A stretch of DNA of 64,000 nt from Laetmonice hystrix (lineage: Eukaryota). The stretch is from positions 5,394,001 to 5,458,000 of the forward strand of contig OZ249444.1 of NCBI GenBank assembly GCA_965235115.1. The letters are read 5' to 3'. Below the pieces are notes generated by a model that was not told where the DNA came from, did not search any database, and was given only the letters and a program-made list of their open reading frames with translations. The translations under genes and the position numbers were made by a program. Shown piece by piece: positions 12,701-24,429 of the stretch (its first letter is position 1; each line of letters begins with the position of its first letter).

Positions 12701-15700
12701 AGAAAATGTAAGTTCTTTTTGGTTCAAAAATTGTATTGTTGGGCAGAGAGTTTGACATCAAGCCACATTTTGTACTGGGAAGAAATACTTCCTGATTACA
12801 AATGCTGTGAATCCATGGCAGTCGCTGGAATCAGACATTTTTAGAGACTTTTGCCTAAGTACCTTATTTTTTCTCTCTGTTTTTTTCTAAAACTGGTTGC
12901 TTAAATGGGGTTATTTTAAATAGGGCCCTCTCAAATAAGGTTTATGTGTTATGATGAAAGGAGGAAGTTGGGAATGAAGGATAAAAAGAAGAAGGTCCGT
13001 CAGCCAGTCTCAAAGTTGCGACCTGCCCGCAGTCCCAGCTCACCAGAGAGGGATGATCGTGACCGAGATCGTGGCAGAAAGTAAGTCAGACTAATATTGT
13101 AAATGTATTGTAAACTTTTATTTATATCTAAGCTGCTCAGGTCCATATTTGCAAGTGTGGATAACAGGCCTGTGGACCTAAAATTTCTTAATTGTTGTAA
13201 AAAAAAAAATCTGTAAATGTCTTTATGTGAGATGAGGCAAAAGTTATCCTAATCACCTAAGGATGCAAAAAAATTAGAAGATGCATTTAGAAAATCTATA
13301 ATTCATTCTATAAAGGTAATTTCCTATACCATTTGTATTTTCTGTTTGGTTTACAGAAAGAGCACAGAAGGCCACAGTAAACGTCGCACCCGGGAACCGT
13401 CTTCTGAAGAAAGGCCTGACCGCTCTCCGGAGCAGCGCACTGAGCGGGAACGCCGCCATCGCTCCGTCAGTGAACAGCGATCACACAAACGATCACGTTC
13501 ATCAAGCGATGAACGCAGTCACAAGTCTCCCCCTGCTGAAAGACGCAGAAAGTCCCCACAAGAACATCGCAAAAGGTCGCCCCAGGAGCGCAGGCGGAAA
13601 CCTTCCCAACCCGTGAAACAGCCACCAGAACGGGACAGGGATCGGGAGAGGGAAAGAGATAAAGAAAAGGACAGGGATAGAGATAGACAGCGAGTTGAAA
13701 AGGAAAGAGAACAAGAGGAAGTAAAAGATAGAGGCAGGAGTCGAGAGAAACTGCGAGAGAAAGACAAAGGGCGGGAAAGAGACCGTCAGGAAACTTCAAG
13801 GCCAGGTCCCAAAAAATCACCAGTGGCTGAAAAACAGCGCTCAGGCCGGAGAGCCGCAACCCCAGAGCTCTCCCCTCGACCTGAAAAAAGGAGACAACAG
13901 ACTCCAGATTATGAGCGACCCAAACAGCGCTCTTCAAAAAGGTCACTAAGCCCTGATGAACGGACGTCCCAGACCCGTGAGCGGCGGCCTGCGACAGACC
14001 CAGAGCCACGCTTGAAGAGGTCATTGTCCCCGAAAGAGACATTGGTGAAGCCCCGGAGACAAGTGTCGCCCGGGGACTACCACAGGTCTCGGACTCCAGA
14101 CGACCACCACAAAGGTGGAAAGTCTCCAGATCCGCCCCCAAAGGGTCGGAAGGGAGCTCTGAGGGAAGGGGCTCGGGCCAAGAGACAGATTTCTCCAGCT
14201 GACAGCCACAAGTCAGGCTCGCGACATGACAGTCCTGACTCTCGAAACCACAGACATGTGACCCCTGAGGTTCGTAATCGGAAGGAGCAAAGGGACCAAA
14301 GAGAGGGAAGGGAGTTAAGAGAGCAGACGAGAGAGGGGAAAGAGCAAAGGGAAGGTAGGGATCAGAGAGAGCCCAAAGAACGGGAAGGAAGGGACCAGCG
14401 TGAGCTGAGAGACCAGAGAGAACCAAAGGAAGGAAGGGAAGTGAGAGACCGAGAGAGTAGAGAGCCAAGGGAAGCAAGGGAAAGGGACACTAGAGAACAA
14501 AGAGAAGGAAGAGAGCATTTACAGGAGCCAAGGGAATCTAGGGAAAGCCGAGAAACTAGGGAACCAAGGGAGTTGAGAGAGCCAAAAGAAGGGAGAGAGC
14601 CAAGAGAAGGGAGAGAGCCAAGGGAGGGGAGAGAGCCAAGGGAGGGGAGAGAACCCAGGGAGGGGAGAGAACCCAGGGATGGAAAAGAATCTAGAGAGGG
14701 TCGAGGGGCAAGGGAGGGGAGAGAGAGAGAGGGGAGGGAACCAAGGGAGGTGCGAGGGGAACGTGAGGGGAGAGAGCTGAGAGAAGTTAGGGAGCCAGTA
14801 GAAGGGAGAGAACAAAGAGAGGGGAGAGACCATAGAGAGCCCAGAGAGCAAAGAGACGGTAGAGATCAAAGAGATCTTAGACCCCAGAGGGAAGGACGGG
14901 AACCAAGGGAGATGCGAGAACGAGAAACTCGTGATCAGAGGGACGGTCGGGAGCACCGTGATGGTGGAGACCGAGACACCAAAGAAGGTCGAGAGAAAGA
15001 TTCCCGAGAACCCCGGGAAAGCCAGCGAGACCAGAGGGACAGAAATGTCAGAGAGGGAAGAGATACACGCCAGAAAGAAGGTAAAGATAGTCGGAACAAG
15101 GAAGCCAGGGACTGGGAGCCTCAAGAGAGAGGCCCCCGGGAGGTAAGGGAACGAGACTCCCGGGAAGTAAAAGAGGGTAGAGACTCAAAATCAGCTAAGG
15201 AGGGGCGAGACCAGAGAGAGCCCAGAGAACGCAATGGTAGGGCACCCCGGGAACGAGACGGTCGGGAGTCAAGGGACACATACCCTGAAGCCCGGGAAGA
15301 GCACCACAGCACACCTGATGTCAACAAGAGGCTCGCTCAATTAGCTCAGCAATCTGAGGACGTTCATCTGTCCAGTGGGAGACAGATATCCCCAGAGCCG
15401 ACACTGCCCATCGAGAAAATTAGGCGTCGCAGTGGAGGAGGAGGCTCTGGTTCTGCTGGGGAAGGGCGCTCACGTCAAGATGAGCGTGATCGTGATCGTT
15501 CAGGAACACGGGGGCCACGACAAGGCTCCCCAGAAGTTGAAAGACCCTCAAAGCGAGGACAGACCACTCCACCATCAAGGGGTGGACGAAAGGTCGACAT
15601 GTCGCCAGAGTCTCGGTCCTCTGTACGTAACCAGTCGCCAGCAGACCAGCAGCGTAGAGGGAACAAAGACCGCAGGGGCACTGCCTCAGAACGTGGGGCT

Positions 15701-18700
15701 GGGGAGAAGCGCCGCGGGGGAGTCTCTCCTGCTCCTTTGAGGGACAGGGAAGGTAGAGAGAAAGACAGAGAGCCAAGAGAGCTTAGAGACAATAGATCGG
15801 AGAGGGACATGCGAGATGTGAGAGACCAAAGAGAGAGGGAACCTCGAGAAGGTCGGGAAAGTCGGGACAGGGACCGACAAGACCGTGGTGGAGACCGCGA
15901 CAGGGGCATGTCCCCTGTACCATCCAGAGGATACGACAAGTCTCGCTCTCCTGGGCCCAGCCCCAGGGGCAAAGGTCACTCTCCTGTTGAGCCCAGGAGA
16001 CGTCTTATGTCTCCAGGGGACACTCGGGGCCGCCAGGAGAGGTCGCCATTCCGAGATGACTTCGACATGCCCATCCCGCTGGGACATCCAGACCGATTGA
16101 GGGGTCCCGAACTTTTGGAAGACTTTATTCCAGTGCCACGGTTGATGGACCGCAGTGATGATCGATTTGATCGAATCCCTGGGGCGCGGGACCGCTTTGA
16201 CAGAGGAATGGATCGACCAGACAGGGGAGACCGTTTTGAACGCCCTCCAGTAGATGATCGACGTGACAGGTTCAGAGGAAGAGATCAGTTTGAACCGGAG
16301 CTTGGCTTCCCAGGAGACAGGCAAATGATTGGTACTTTGACTGTTCTTTTACAAAGTCTTTGGAAGTATGAAATTGCCTTGGATAATTAAAATGAACGAT
16401 TAGAAAATTTTCTAAGTAGGATTATGGAGTTTAGACTTACTTGTATAAACCTGACAAATTGAATTAAAATCCCTCTGTAGCCAATATTGCCCCCATAACC
16501 CTCAGTGTCATATCTGTCCCAGTCCCATTGCAATTTCATAGCTATTGTGTATTAATGTTACCGTTTGTTGAAGATGATGACCTGATGCACGAAGGCCCTG
16601 ACTTCTGGCCTGAGGACCAGTGGGGTAACTTGGGCCGCCCTGAACGTGTACCCCACCACCAGGGTCGTGGGCGTGGCCGGCAGGGCTATAGAGATGGTAA
16701 ATACAGGGTTAATGATTTGGCACAGAATATCGATGTAAGCAATTGCAGTAGAATTTGAAAAAACATACGTTATTGAACTGGAGCTTATATACAATATAAA
16801 TTATAATTATGAATGTTGCAGGATTATCAGTTCTATCTGATCAGGGAATGAGTGTTACTAACATATTACCATGATGTGCGAGGTTTACATTTAAAATGAT
16901 GTGTTTTCATCAGAGCCAGGGCCGAGACGTGGTCGTGGTCGAGGAGGTGACAAACGACATGTTGACCACTTCAGGTTTGGTACGTACCCAAACCAAGGAC
17001 TGGATATTTCATGTTTTATTCTGACATTCAAGCATTTTAAATGCTAACAGCGAGTTTAATACCATGGCAATGCTAAGTTTCTTTTGGTCTTTGAAAGTAT
17101 GTGTTATTTACCAATCTCTCCTTACCTAGACGTATCACTCCCACACCATAGCGTTGCGAAAACGGAAGTCCTTCCACCGCACTATTCGGCAGCCTACTGA
17201 CTTGTGCCACCCATACCATAATTCCAGATTATATGATAAATGTATTTTCAGACGAACCGTTCTTGGATGAGCCACCAATATTACCCGATCACCCGAGGTG
17301 GCAGCAGTGGGATGAAAGAAGGTTAGACGATCACCGACCTGATAATCGGCGTGGCGGTAACCGTCGCATGGATCGTCGGCCTGACGATCGACACCTGCCA
17401 GACATGGATCGACGTGGCGGAAGGATGATTGGAGATCATCCCCCACTCCCAGATGATCGACCCAGCAGGTAATCATATCAGAACATAGGTAGTCCAGGCC
17501 TGATGATGAACATGATAGACATTAAGTTCATGTTAGTATAGCACTGAAGGTCCTAGACCACAGGTGCTGGGGTTTTCAAAGTAATGTTAGAGTGGTGTGT
17601 TTTTATCCTAAATGGTGTCTTAAACTGTAAGTGAAAATTTGGGTTTTTCTGTTACTTTCTATAAGAGATAGATTTCTAAGAAGACTTTATTTATACTGAC
17701 AGGAAGCGTGGCTTTGATGATGACCGTTCCCGCTCGCCGCCACCACCTAAACGTCGGGAGGCCTCGCCTGCCAGCTCCCAACACAGCACTGGGCGGATAT
17801 CAAATCGAGATGTACGTGAAGGGAGAGATATGCGAGAGGGGTGCGAGATGAGAGACTTGCGAGAGCCCCGGGACATTCGAGATGTCGTCCCAAGAGACAT
17901 CGGAATGCCAGTTCACCCAACAGACCTCCGTGAACCAAGAGAGATGCGCGAGCCTCGAGAGAGAAATAGAGCTCGTGACCCTGGAGGTCGTGACTGGGGG
18001 TCTGGAGGGGACGAGTTCCAGCCACGAGAACGACGGGAGAAACGAGTAAGCAAACACAAATACTCATCAATCTTATGCCAAAGATAACAATTCAACTATC
18101 TCAGAATACTAATCAGTTTAAGAAGCCTAGACTAGGTTTAAAACTATTTTTCATCCCTATAATTTCTCTATGAAGGAATTGTAAGTGTAGTAAATGCCAT
18201 ATACCAGTTTGAAGTGGAAGGATCTGAAGATTGCTGCTCTCCCACATTGCAGCCGCCGCCTGGGTCCTCTGACCAGGACCTTGACCATCAAGAGCGCCCA
18301 CCGAGACAAGAGGGAAAGCGCACAAGGTCTTCCTCACCAACACCCTCCAAAAGTCGCAAGCGCCAGCGCGGTCCAGCCCTGGACCCCGAGGCAAAGGATC
18401 TCAGTAAGTCACTGTCCATGTAGATCGACAGGAAAAAAGTTTTTCCTTCTATCATTCAAAGAACATTACCATTTATTTGCCAATCCTTCGGGTGTTACTG
18501 TATTGTCTAGCTATGGGTCATGCTTAATTCTTGTTTGCATTGATATAGGTGTTGATCGTCGGAGTGACAAGGCATGGTTGGATGAAACCAGTGGCACTCC
18601 TCCGAGAGGCACCCCGACGCGAGACGAGCAAGGGACTGCAGAAGTTGTAAGGAATGCAGAAGGTCGAGCTCCAGGTCGGGCCGAGGGAAGAGAAGGAAGA

Positions 18701-21700
18701 GAAGGAAGGGAAGGAAGAGAGGGGCGAGGAACGCGGGAGAGACACAGACCAGGTAAAGGTAAAGAGATTTTAAACTTTGTAATGATGTTCTCTGTCGCTC
18801 ATCGGGATGACTATTGCACTGATATTTTGCTGTAAGGATTTACGTTTGAAGTTGACAAGGATGATGTTCTCTGCCGCTCATCGGGATGACTATTGCACTG
18901 ATATTTTGCTGTGATGATTTACGTTTGAAGTTGACAAGGATGATGTTCTCTGTTGCTCATCGGGACGATTATTGCACTGATATTTTGCTGTGATGATTTA
19001 CATTTGAAGTTGACAAGGATGATGTTCTCTGTCGCTCATCGGGATGACTATTACACTGATATTTTACTGTGATGATTTATGTTTGAAGTTGACAAGGATG
19101 GGTCAGACAGTCGTGGTGGGCCTGACGAGGGAGAGTTCAGTGAGTGGTCTGATGATGATCAAGACGAGGAGTTGTTAGATCGGCAAGAGGAAACATTACG
19201 AGTGAGTCTCCAGGAAAAACATGCATACAAAATTTATGTTATGAGAGAACCAATCGACATTTACAGAACTAAATGTTACCCAAAATACAAGACACTTGGA
19301 AGGAAGGTTAAACATGATAATTTGCGGAAAGTGGTGAAAAATAGTTCTACCTCTTACATGACGAACTGGGTTATAGGGTGTGCAAAGTGGGTCAAGGAAA
19401 TATGCCCAAAAGGAAGTAATTAATGGCAGCATTCTATGTGTTTTAAGAAAGTGTTTTAAGAAAGTAGATTTCAGAATTTTTGTCAGATTATTTATCAGAC
19501 TGCTGCCGTAGTTTACATTGAGTGACAGAGGATTTTGTGGTTTGTTTATTTTAGAATGTCGAGGAGGCGCCAGACAACTTTAAGTCATACGTAGACACAG
19601 ACCGCAGCCACAGGAGCCCATCACGGAGTAGCCTTGGGAGTAGGCACAGTCATCGGGAGGAACGCTCCGGTTTCCGAGGAACCGCTGCTGCAGGAGCAGG
19701 TGGAGGCAGCGCTGGCGATGACTTCATCCATGACCGGGAGCCTGGGTGGACAGATGAGATCGGGGGTGGTGAGTGGGGGCGCGACCGTCCAGGGGCCCTT
19801 CCCCACAGAGGGGGCGGGTCTGTTCCCCCGCCACAACACCAAGCAGCACCCCTGTCCCCGATGGAAGCATCGACACCGCCGTGGGAACGCCCCGGCAGGC
19901 ACAGGTGTGTGACAATGGCTCTCGCACAACATAAAACTAACTTTCTTTCATTAAAAAAAAGCTCAATTTTGGTCTGGTAACACTACTAAACCTTGCACAT
20001 CGTTACTTGTTACAGACCTCGTGCACCTGTCACTGGTGGGGAGATTGGAGAACGTCGCAACCCAGCTGGCCCCATGGGGGGTCTCTGCCCAGGAGGGCCT
20101 GGTGGGCCGCCAAGTCTGATGGGTCAGTTCCAAGATCTCGATAACGTTCCACGGCCAGTTGAAGTGTCCCCAGCTGCTGATCAGGAACCGGCCACACCTT
20201 CACTTGAGCCAGTCGGAGATGGTCAGTTTCTTGCTCAAATCGATCTATTTTATATTTGTAAAGAAACAGTTATCAGCACACTCTCTCAACCCAGATAGTA
20301 ATGTAATCTACAACATTGTTTTTCCAATGTTTGTCATTCATCCAGAGTCCTCAATGGATGGCGACAACAATATATACGATGATATCTCTGATGATGACCT
20401 TGATGACCTCATAGAGAACGCTGAGGCGGATGAAGAGGTCAAGGTGAAAAAGACAGGTACGGTGAATCATGAAGGTCATTCGATAGGAAGGCCCTGAATG
20501 AATCTTATGGCCAAAAAATACTTTGCAAACGTGTTACCTCTGCTTGTGTACTGCCGTGAAATGACAAAAGGAAGCAAGTCCAAAAGTTCAAGTTTCGAGA
20601 AATGGACATAAACAAGTTGTCTCCACAGTGCAGTTGGATGGGCATGCTTCCTTCTGTCATGTGACTGATAGCTTCATAGAAGGATGTTTAGCAGAAATAC
20701 ACCCATTGATAGATAGGACTTACTTCCCTGAATCCAAATTTACACTTAAGTCGATTTTGATGAAAGATGGACTTGCTTCCTTTTGTCATTTCACGGCGGT
20801 GTACACCATTGTTACTAAACTTGTTATCAAAGTTCGTTGACCCTCTATGGTAGTCGTGCAGGGGTTGTGGGTATGTTTTGGTTCTCAATGTGAGCGCTCC
20901 CATTGTCAGGTGTGGTTGATTCGCTGGACATCGACTGGTCGAGCCTGGTCAAGGACACGAGGTTGAAGCCAGCTGTGGCGGGGTCAGCACTCAAGTCATT
21001 CACACCGGCGTACATCTTCTCCAAGATCGGCGTGTCTCGGTCGTACGCTGGTGAGGCACTCGTCATGCGACTCAAACACGTCTGTCAGAAACAGTTGGAT
21101 AAGGAAGCCAGGCAGCAAGCAGGTAAACGTTTGAACTTCATTTGCATTGTAGGGAGCGTAAGTCTCGCGACCGAAAACGATGTTCGGTCTGACCTAGTTA
21201 GGGTGCTGGCGACATGCAACTTCCGTTACTTCACAATTCTCCACTTGTTTAACATAGGGCGAGTGTACACCTCTCTGAACATCGGCCTTTCTTTTGACAA
21301 TTAAATATTTCTTAAGCATGAAGTGTATTTTTACTAACATAAGAGATATTGCTTCTGATGTATACATGTAGTAAGTTTGGACTTGTGGAGGTCACCTAAC
21401 TACTAACTAGACAAAATATTTAACATAAGAAATGGTTAGCATTTTCTTATGTAAGGATACATATTCAGACTTTAGTATTTGCTGATAAATAAAATGTTGA
21501 ATGTAGAGTATGTGGTGTGGAGTTCAGGGGCGCTGGCAAAAATTAAATCTCAGATTTTTACCCCAATCCCAATTTTCAGAGGAGTTCCCAGAGGAGGAGA
21601 CCGTGGTAAGGCCGATCCAATTTGAGTTGTTGAATGACGTGGCAGCGCTACACGCGACAGAGATGAAGCGCAGGAAGGAGCGGTCGTCGATCCTGCAGCA

Positions 21701-22216
21701 GATCGGTCCGTACCGGCGTGCCTTGTGTGCACGCCGAGACCTCCTCATACGGAGACACCTGTGTAGGCTGGACCAGGTGAGCCATGCTCTGGACAGGTAG
21801 ACAGATATCATGGTGCAGTTGTGTCAACCATCCCCCATTCAGGTAAATGAGAAGGTAAAGGCACTAACCAGGCAAAATTGAAAAAATCCCAGTCTTTCAT
21901 TTATTCTAACCCTTTTTAGCGTCGAACCTAGATGAGAAAAAGTCACTGAAGATGAGGGATATTATGAAAACTTTAGTGCGACACCATCAAATATAATGCG
22001 TAGACTCTTAGAAATGTTCAGACAATGCAAGTACCGAAATGTTACTGTGACCTAAGCCGGTGTTATCTGTGACAGGAGAGCGACATGACTGGACTCTTTG
22101 CGGCGCCCATGGTAGACAGCGACCTCTATCGACAAAGTCTTCAGTTCCTACGGCAAGCCTCCTCGGAACGCAAGATCTCGGCATCTCTCCCGGACACAGA
22201 GCCGATCTCCGCATGA
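9789..22216 (+). CDS. ZC3H13: Zinc finger CCCH domain-containing protein 13 (m6A methyltransferase-associated complex scaffold; Flacc/Xio orthologue), 21 coding exons, 2092 aa
   Basis: The N-terminus (MSGKPRRRVTVE...KPSVFERLGP), CCCH finger, coiled coil (ELELEKRRQQLQRELSQLE) and C-terminal domain (LDIDWSSL...FTPAYIFSKIGVS...IGPYRRALCARRD...APMVDSDLYRQSL) all match known ZC3H13. Exons: 9789-9953, 10083-10162, 10892-10991, 11203-11326, 11740-11876, 12551-12648, 12961-13080, 13357-16331, 16574-16696, 16914-16979, 17252-17468, 17703-18045, 18208-18403, 18549-18752, 19089-19201, 19555-19904, 20016-20221, 20346-20456, 20910-21122, 21580-21776, 22076-22216. Total 6279 nt; all phases are consistent. 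Confidence 0.95.
10083..10162 (+). CDS. ZC3H13: ZC3H13 exon encoding the CCCH zinc finger (RYDRCRNWIKTGSCPYGSKCRYDHPR)
   Basis: C-x8-C-x5-C-x3-H spacing; bounded by the acceptor TTACAG and the donor AG|GTAGGC. Confidence 0.93.
10325..10803. repeat. Intronic (GATTAC)n-rich repeat, probable MITE remnant
   Basis: Many CGATTA/TGATTAC units, ending GTAATCAGCCCCATGCCTG; the left end is eroded. Confidence 0.55.
13357..16331 (+). CDS. ZC3H13: ZC3H13 giant internal exon (2975 nt): R/S-rich and RE/RD mixed-charge low-complexity region with tandem EGREPR repeats
   Basis: Core of the 1014-aa ORF; acceptor TTTACAG at 13356 and donor G|GTACTT at 16332; phases fit the flanking exons. Confidence 0.93.
18783..19098 (+). 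repeat. 79-bp tandem repeat x4 covering the branch point, 3' splice site and first 10 nt of ZC3H13 exon 15
   Basis: Units start at 18783, 18862, 18941 and 19020; each ends TTTGAAG|TTGACAAGGA. Confidence 0.95.
20910..22216 (+). CDS. ZC3H13: ZC3H13 conserved C-terminal domain exons (20910-21122, 21580-21776, 22076-22216)
   Basis: Recognisable homology to the vertebrate ZC3H13 C-terminus; stop TGA at 22214-22216, followed by AATAAA at about 22219. Confidence 0.92.
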
Positions 22217-22541
22217 AAAATAAAAATCCTGCAACTCCAACGTCCTTTTAAAACTGTAAACGGTCATGGGAAGAATTGCGGGTACACAGGAGGGTGTAGG
22301 GAGAGGGTCTGGTGTAAAACGGTAGTGGTCTTCTCTGTACGGACAATATGGACTCCGATCCCACCTCCTCTGTGTTGGATGGATGCTTTTTACTACAAGA
22401 ACGGGAAATGTATTGGTAGTAATTTGGTTTTAGGTTCCCGAAATCTGAAGAAAACAGGAACAAACAGTAAACCAGTCACAGACTAAATCTGGCAGTAAAT
22501 GACTTTGACATGAGGCGGGAGGTATTGGATTCATTTATTCA

Positions 22542-22554
22542 CCACTAGGGGGCG
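22542..22554 (+). promoter_or_regulatory. CTCF-like motif CCACTAGGGGGCG downstream of ZC3H13
   Basis: Close match to the CTCF core consensus; motif evidence only. Confidence 0.4.
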
Positions 22555-22809
22555 TGACGTAGAAGAGCATGCCACCTGTGTTGACAATTGCTGATGTACG
22601 CATAAGATTGTGGATGACAGTACACTATATGTATTTATCATTCTGTATGTAAATTGTCATGTAGTTTAAAAAAGTCGATTCCAGTATTCAGAAATCTCAA
22701 CAAAAATGTTCCGTTGTTTTTATTTTTCTTCAGTGCCTATGTAAGTAGGTGCTTGTAATGTTCTTTTCCTGTGAATGGACACTGTTAAGTACGAGACCGC
22801 TAACCTAAC

Positions 22810-23095
22810 CAGGCGCGCGAGGATCGGGGGGGGGGGGGGGGTCGTGCCCCCCCCCCTGCTCGGCGATTTTATAATGACAGGTGGAAATTTTCATCAATTT
22901 AATTTTGACCAAAAGGTCGGCACCGAAAGCTCTTCAGTTGAATGCTGAGAAGCCGGGAAATAGCGTCTGTGGCCTTTTATATTCCCCAAAATTTTCAGTC
23001 AGAGCCCCCCCCCCCCTCTTGGCGCGGGCGCCTTCTAACCCCAACCCCAACCCCCCAACCCCTCCCCCTGCCCAAAAATCCTGGATCCGCCGCTG
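22810..23095. mobile_element. Short non-autonomous element with G/C-run interior ending GGATCCGCCGCTG (family also at about 33930-34019, 44343-44477 and 63333-63494)
   Basis: Recurrent CAG(T/G)GGCGGAT(C/T)...GGATCCG(C/G)C.CTG termini; no coding capacity. Confidence 0.55.
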
Positions 23096-23165
23096 CTAAC
23101 AGATCTGACTGCAAGAGCCACAACTGTCATGCACGATCGGTTTCATCTTAACGACCCCGTGACCT

Positions 23166-23341
23166 GGGCCCGGTTTCACAAAGGTTAGCATGATCTTAAC
23201 TTAAGCTCTGCTTAGCCTTTTAGGACCCCTGATTGGCTGGTCCTCTGCTGCTCAGCTTCAACCAGCCAATCAGGGGTCCTACCCTAAAAGGCTAAGCAGA
23301 GCTTAAGTTAAGATCATGCTAACCTTTCTGAAACCGGGCCC
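23166..23341. mobile_element. Near-perfect palindromic MITE (PIF/Harbinger-like ends GGGCCCGGTTTCA)
   Basis: About 59-bp arms with one mismatch, then inverted CCCCTGATTGGCTGGT. Diverged relatives at about 39600-39740, 50710-50845, 53640-53765 and 55745-55895. Confidence 0.85.
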
Positions 23342-23589
23342 CGACCTAATTTGAGTTAGGCTGGATATCCTCTACGTTTCTCCCATTATCCTACGCATCC
23401 AGTAGCATCTTAGTAACTAAATTGGCCCAAATCATATAAAAAAGGAACTTTCACTGTCTCGGTCAAATTTCTGTCATGAGGGAATCCAAGAGATTGAAAG
23501 GTTCCCGCTCACGCCGCTTGGTGGCAGCACGCGTGGCGTTCTCTGATCGTTGACCGACAAGGAGAGACCCCTATGAGCGGGATTGGGAA

Positions 23590-23642
23590 TTAGAGTTAGG
23601 AGCCAAAATGGCGGTCGTCATTGCTGCTGTCATCCGGTAAGT
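23590..23642 (+). promoter_or_regulatory. Putative first exon of an unresolved + strand gene (ATG at 23608, MAVVIAAVIR, donor at 23637)
   Basis: CpG-rich context; CAAAATGGCGG (YY1 motif overlapping an ATG) followed by the consensus donor CCG|GTAAGT. No downstream exon could be assigned. Confidence 0.4.
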
Positions 23643-23901
23643 AAATAATTGATTGACCTTGCGGTGTCGTGAAAATTGGTATAGTACCGTAGTCACTGAG
23701 TAGGCCTACTATAGGCCAACATCTATTTTTAGTCCTGTCCGTTTGCTGTCTGGCCTGGCCCTAACGCGCGGAAGACGTCACCAACTCTAACGAGGTTATT
23801 AGACACCTGCAATTTCAGGTCTGACTCAGCTGGTTTTCAATCTTGCAAATTCGGGCCCTGAGAAAGCAGTTTTACGTCTGGTGTAGGCCCCAGACCTATT
23901 A

Positions 23902-24260
23902 TTAGGCCACTTAAAATTAATAAATTGTTTTAGGCCTACATGGCCGGCCGCCTCAACTTTTTGGCGCCGCCTCGATTTTTTTTATATTTTATATTTTTCA
24001 AAAAGTCCGTTTTTTTCATCCCCAAAACCGTCTCCCACAGTTCTGTCAGGGTGTTACAGTTAAAGTGACCCTCAAGGTATAGAAGGGCTGTACAAAATGT
24101 TGAGATATTGAGAAATTAAAAGTATTTTTCCAGTATTGGTGATCTCTACTGTCCTTCTTGTCGAGGAAAAATATAAAATATAAAATATAAAATGCCCTAC
24201 TCACCAACATTTCAGAAGTTGGAGTCATGTAAAACAATTTATTAATTTTAAGTGGCCTTA
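23902..24260. mobile_element. MITE with ~28-bp terminal inverted repeats
   Basis: TAGGCCACTTAAAATTAATAAATTGTTT at 23903 and AAACAATTTATTAATTTTAAGTGGCCTTA ending at 24260. Confidence 0.8.
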
Positions 24261-24429
24261 TGTGAATTCGGTCCTATTAGTGGTGGATCCAACTGCTAGC
24301 TTAGGTCAGGCAAGGCAGTTTCACAAATGGTTCTCAATCAATGAGCACATGATCAAAACAATTCCGTATCTAGGCCCAAATAGGCTACACCGAGTACATG
24401 CAGTATTAGATCTCTACACTTTTTTAATA

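Noticed and set aside
13467-16324. Many long minus-strand and alternate-frame ORFs (e.g. 336 aa, 212 aa, 201 aa)
   Set aside because: These are shadows of the purine-rich low-complexity ZC3H13 exon; the translations are S/L/F/P-rich with no domain character.
13346-16390. The 1014-aa ORF as a stand-alone intronless gene
   Set aside because: Its start is an intronic GTT/TTG-type call and its tail is intron read-through; splice sites at 13357 and 16331 place it as an internal ZC3H13 exon.
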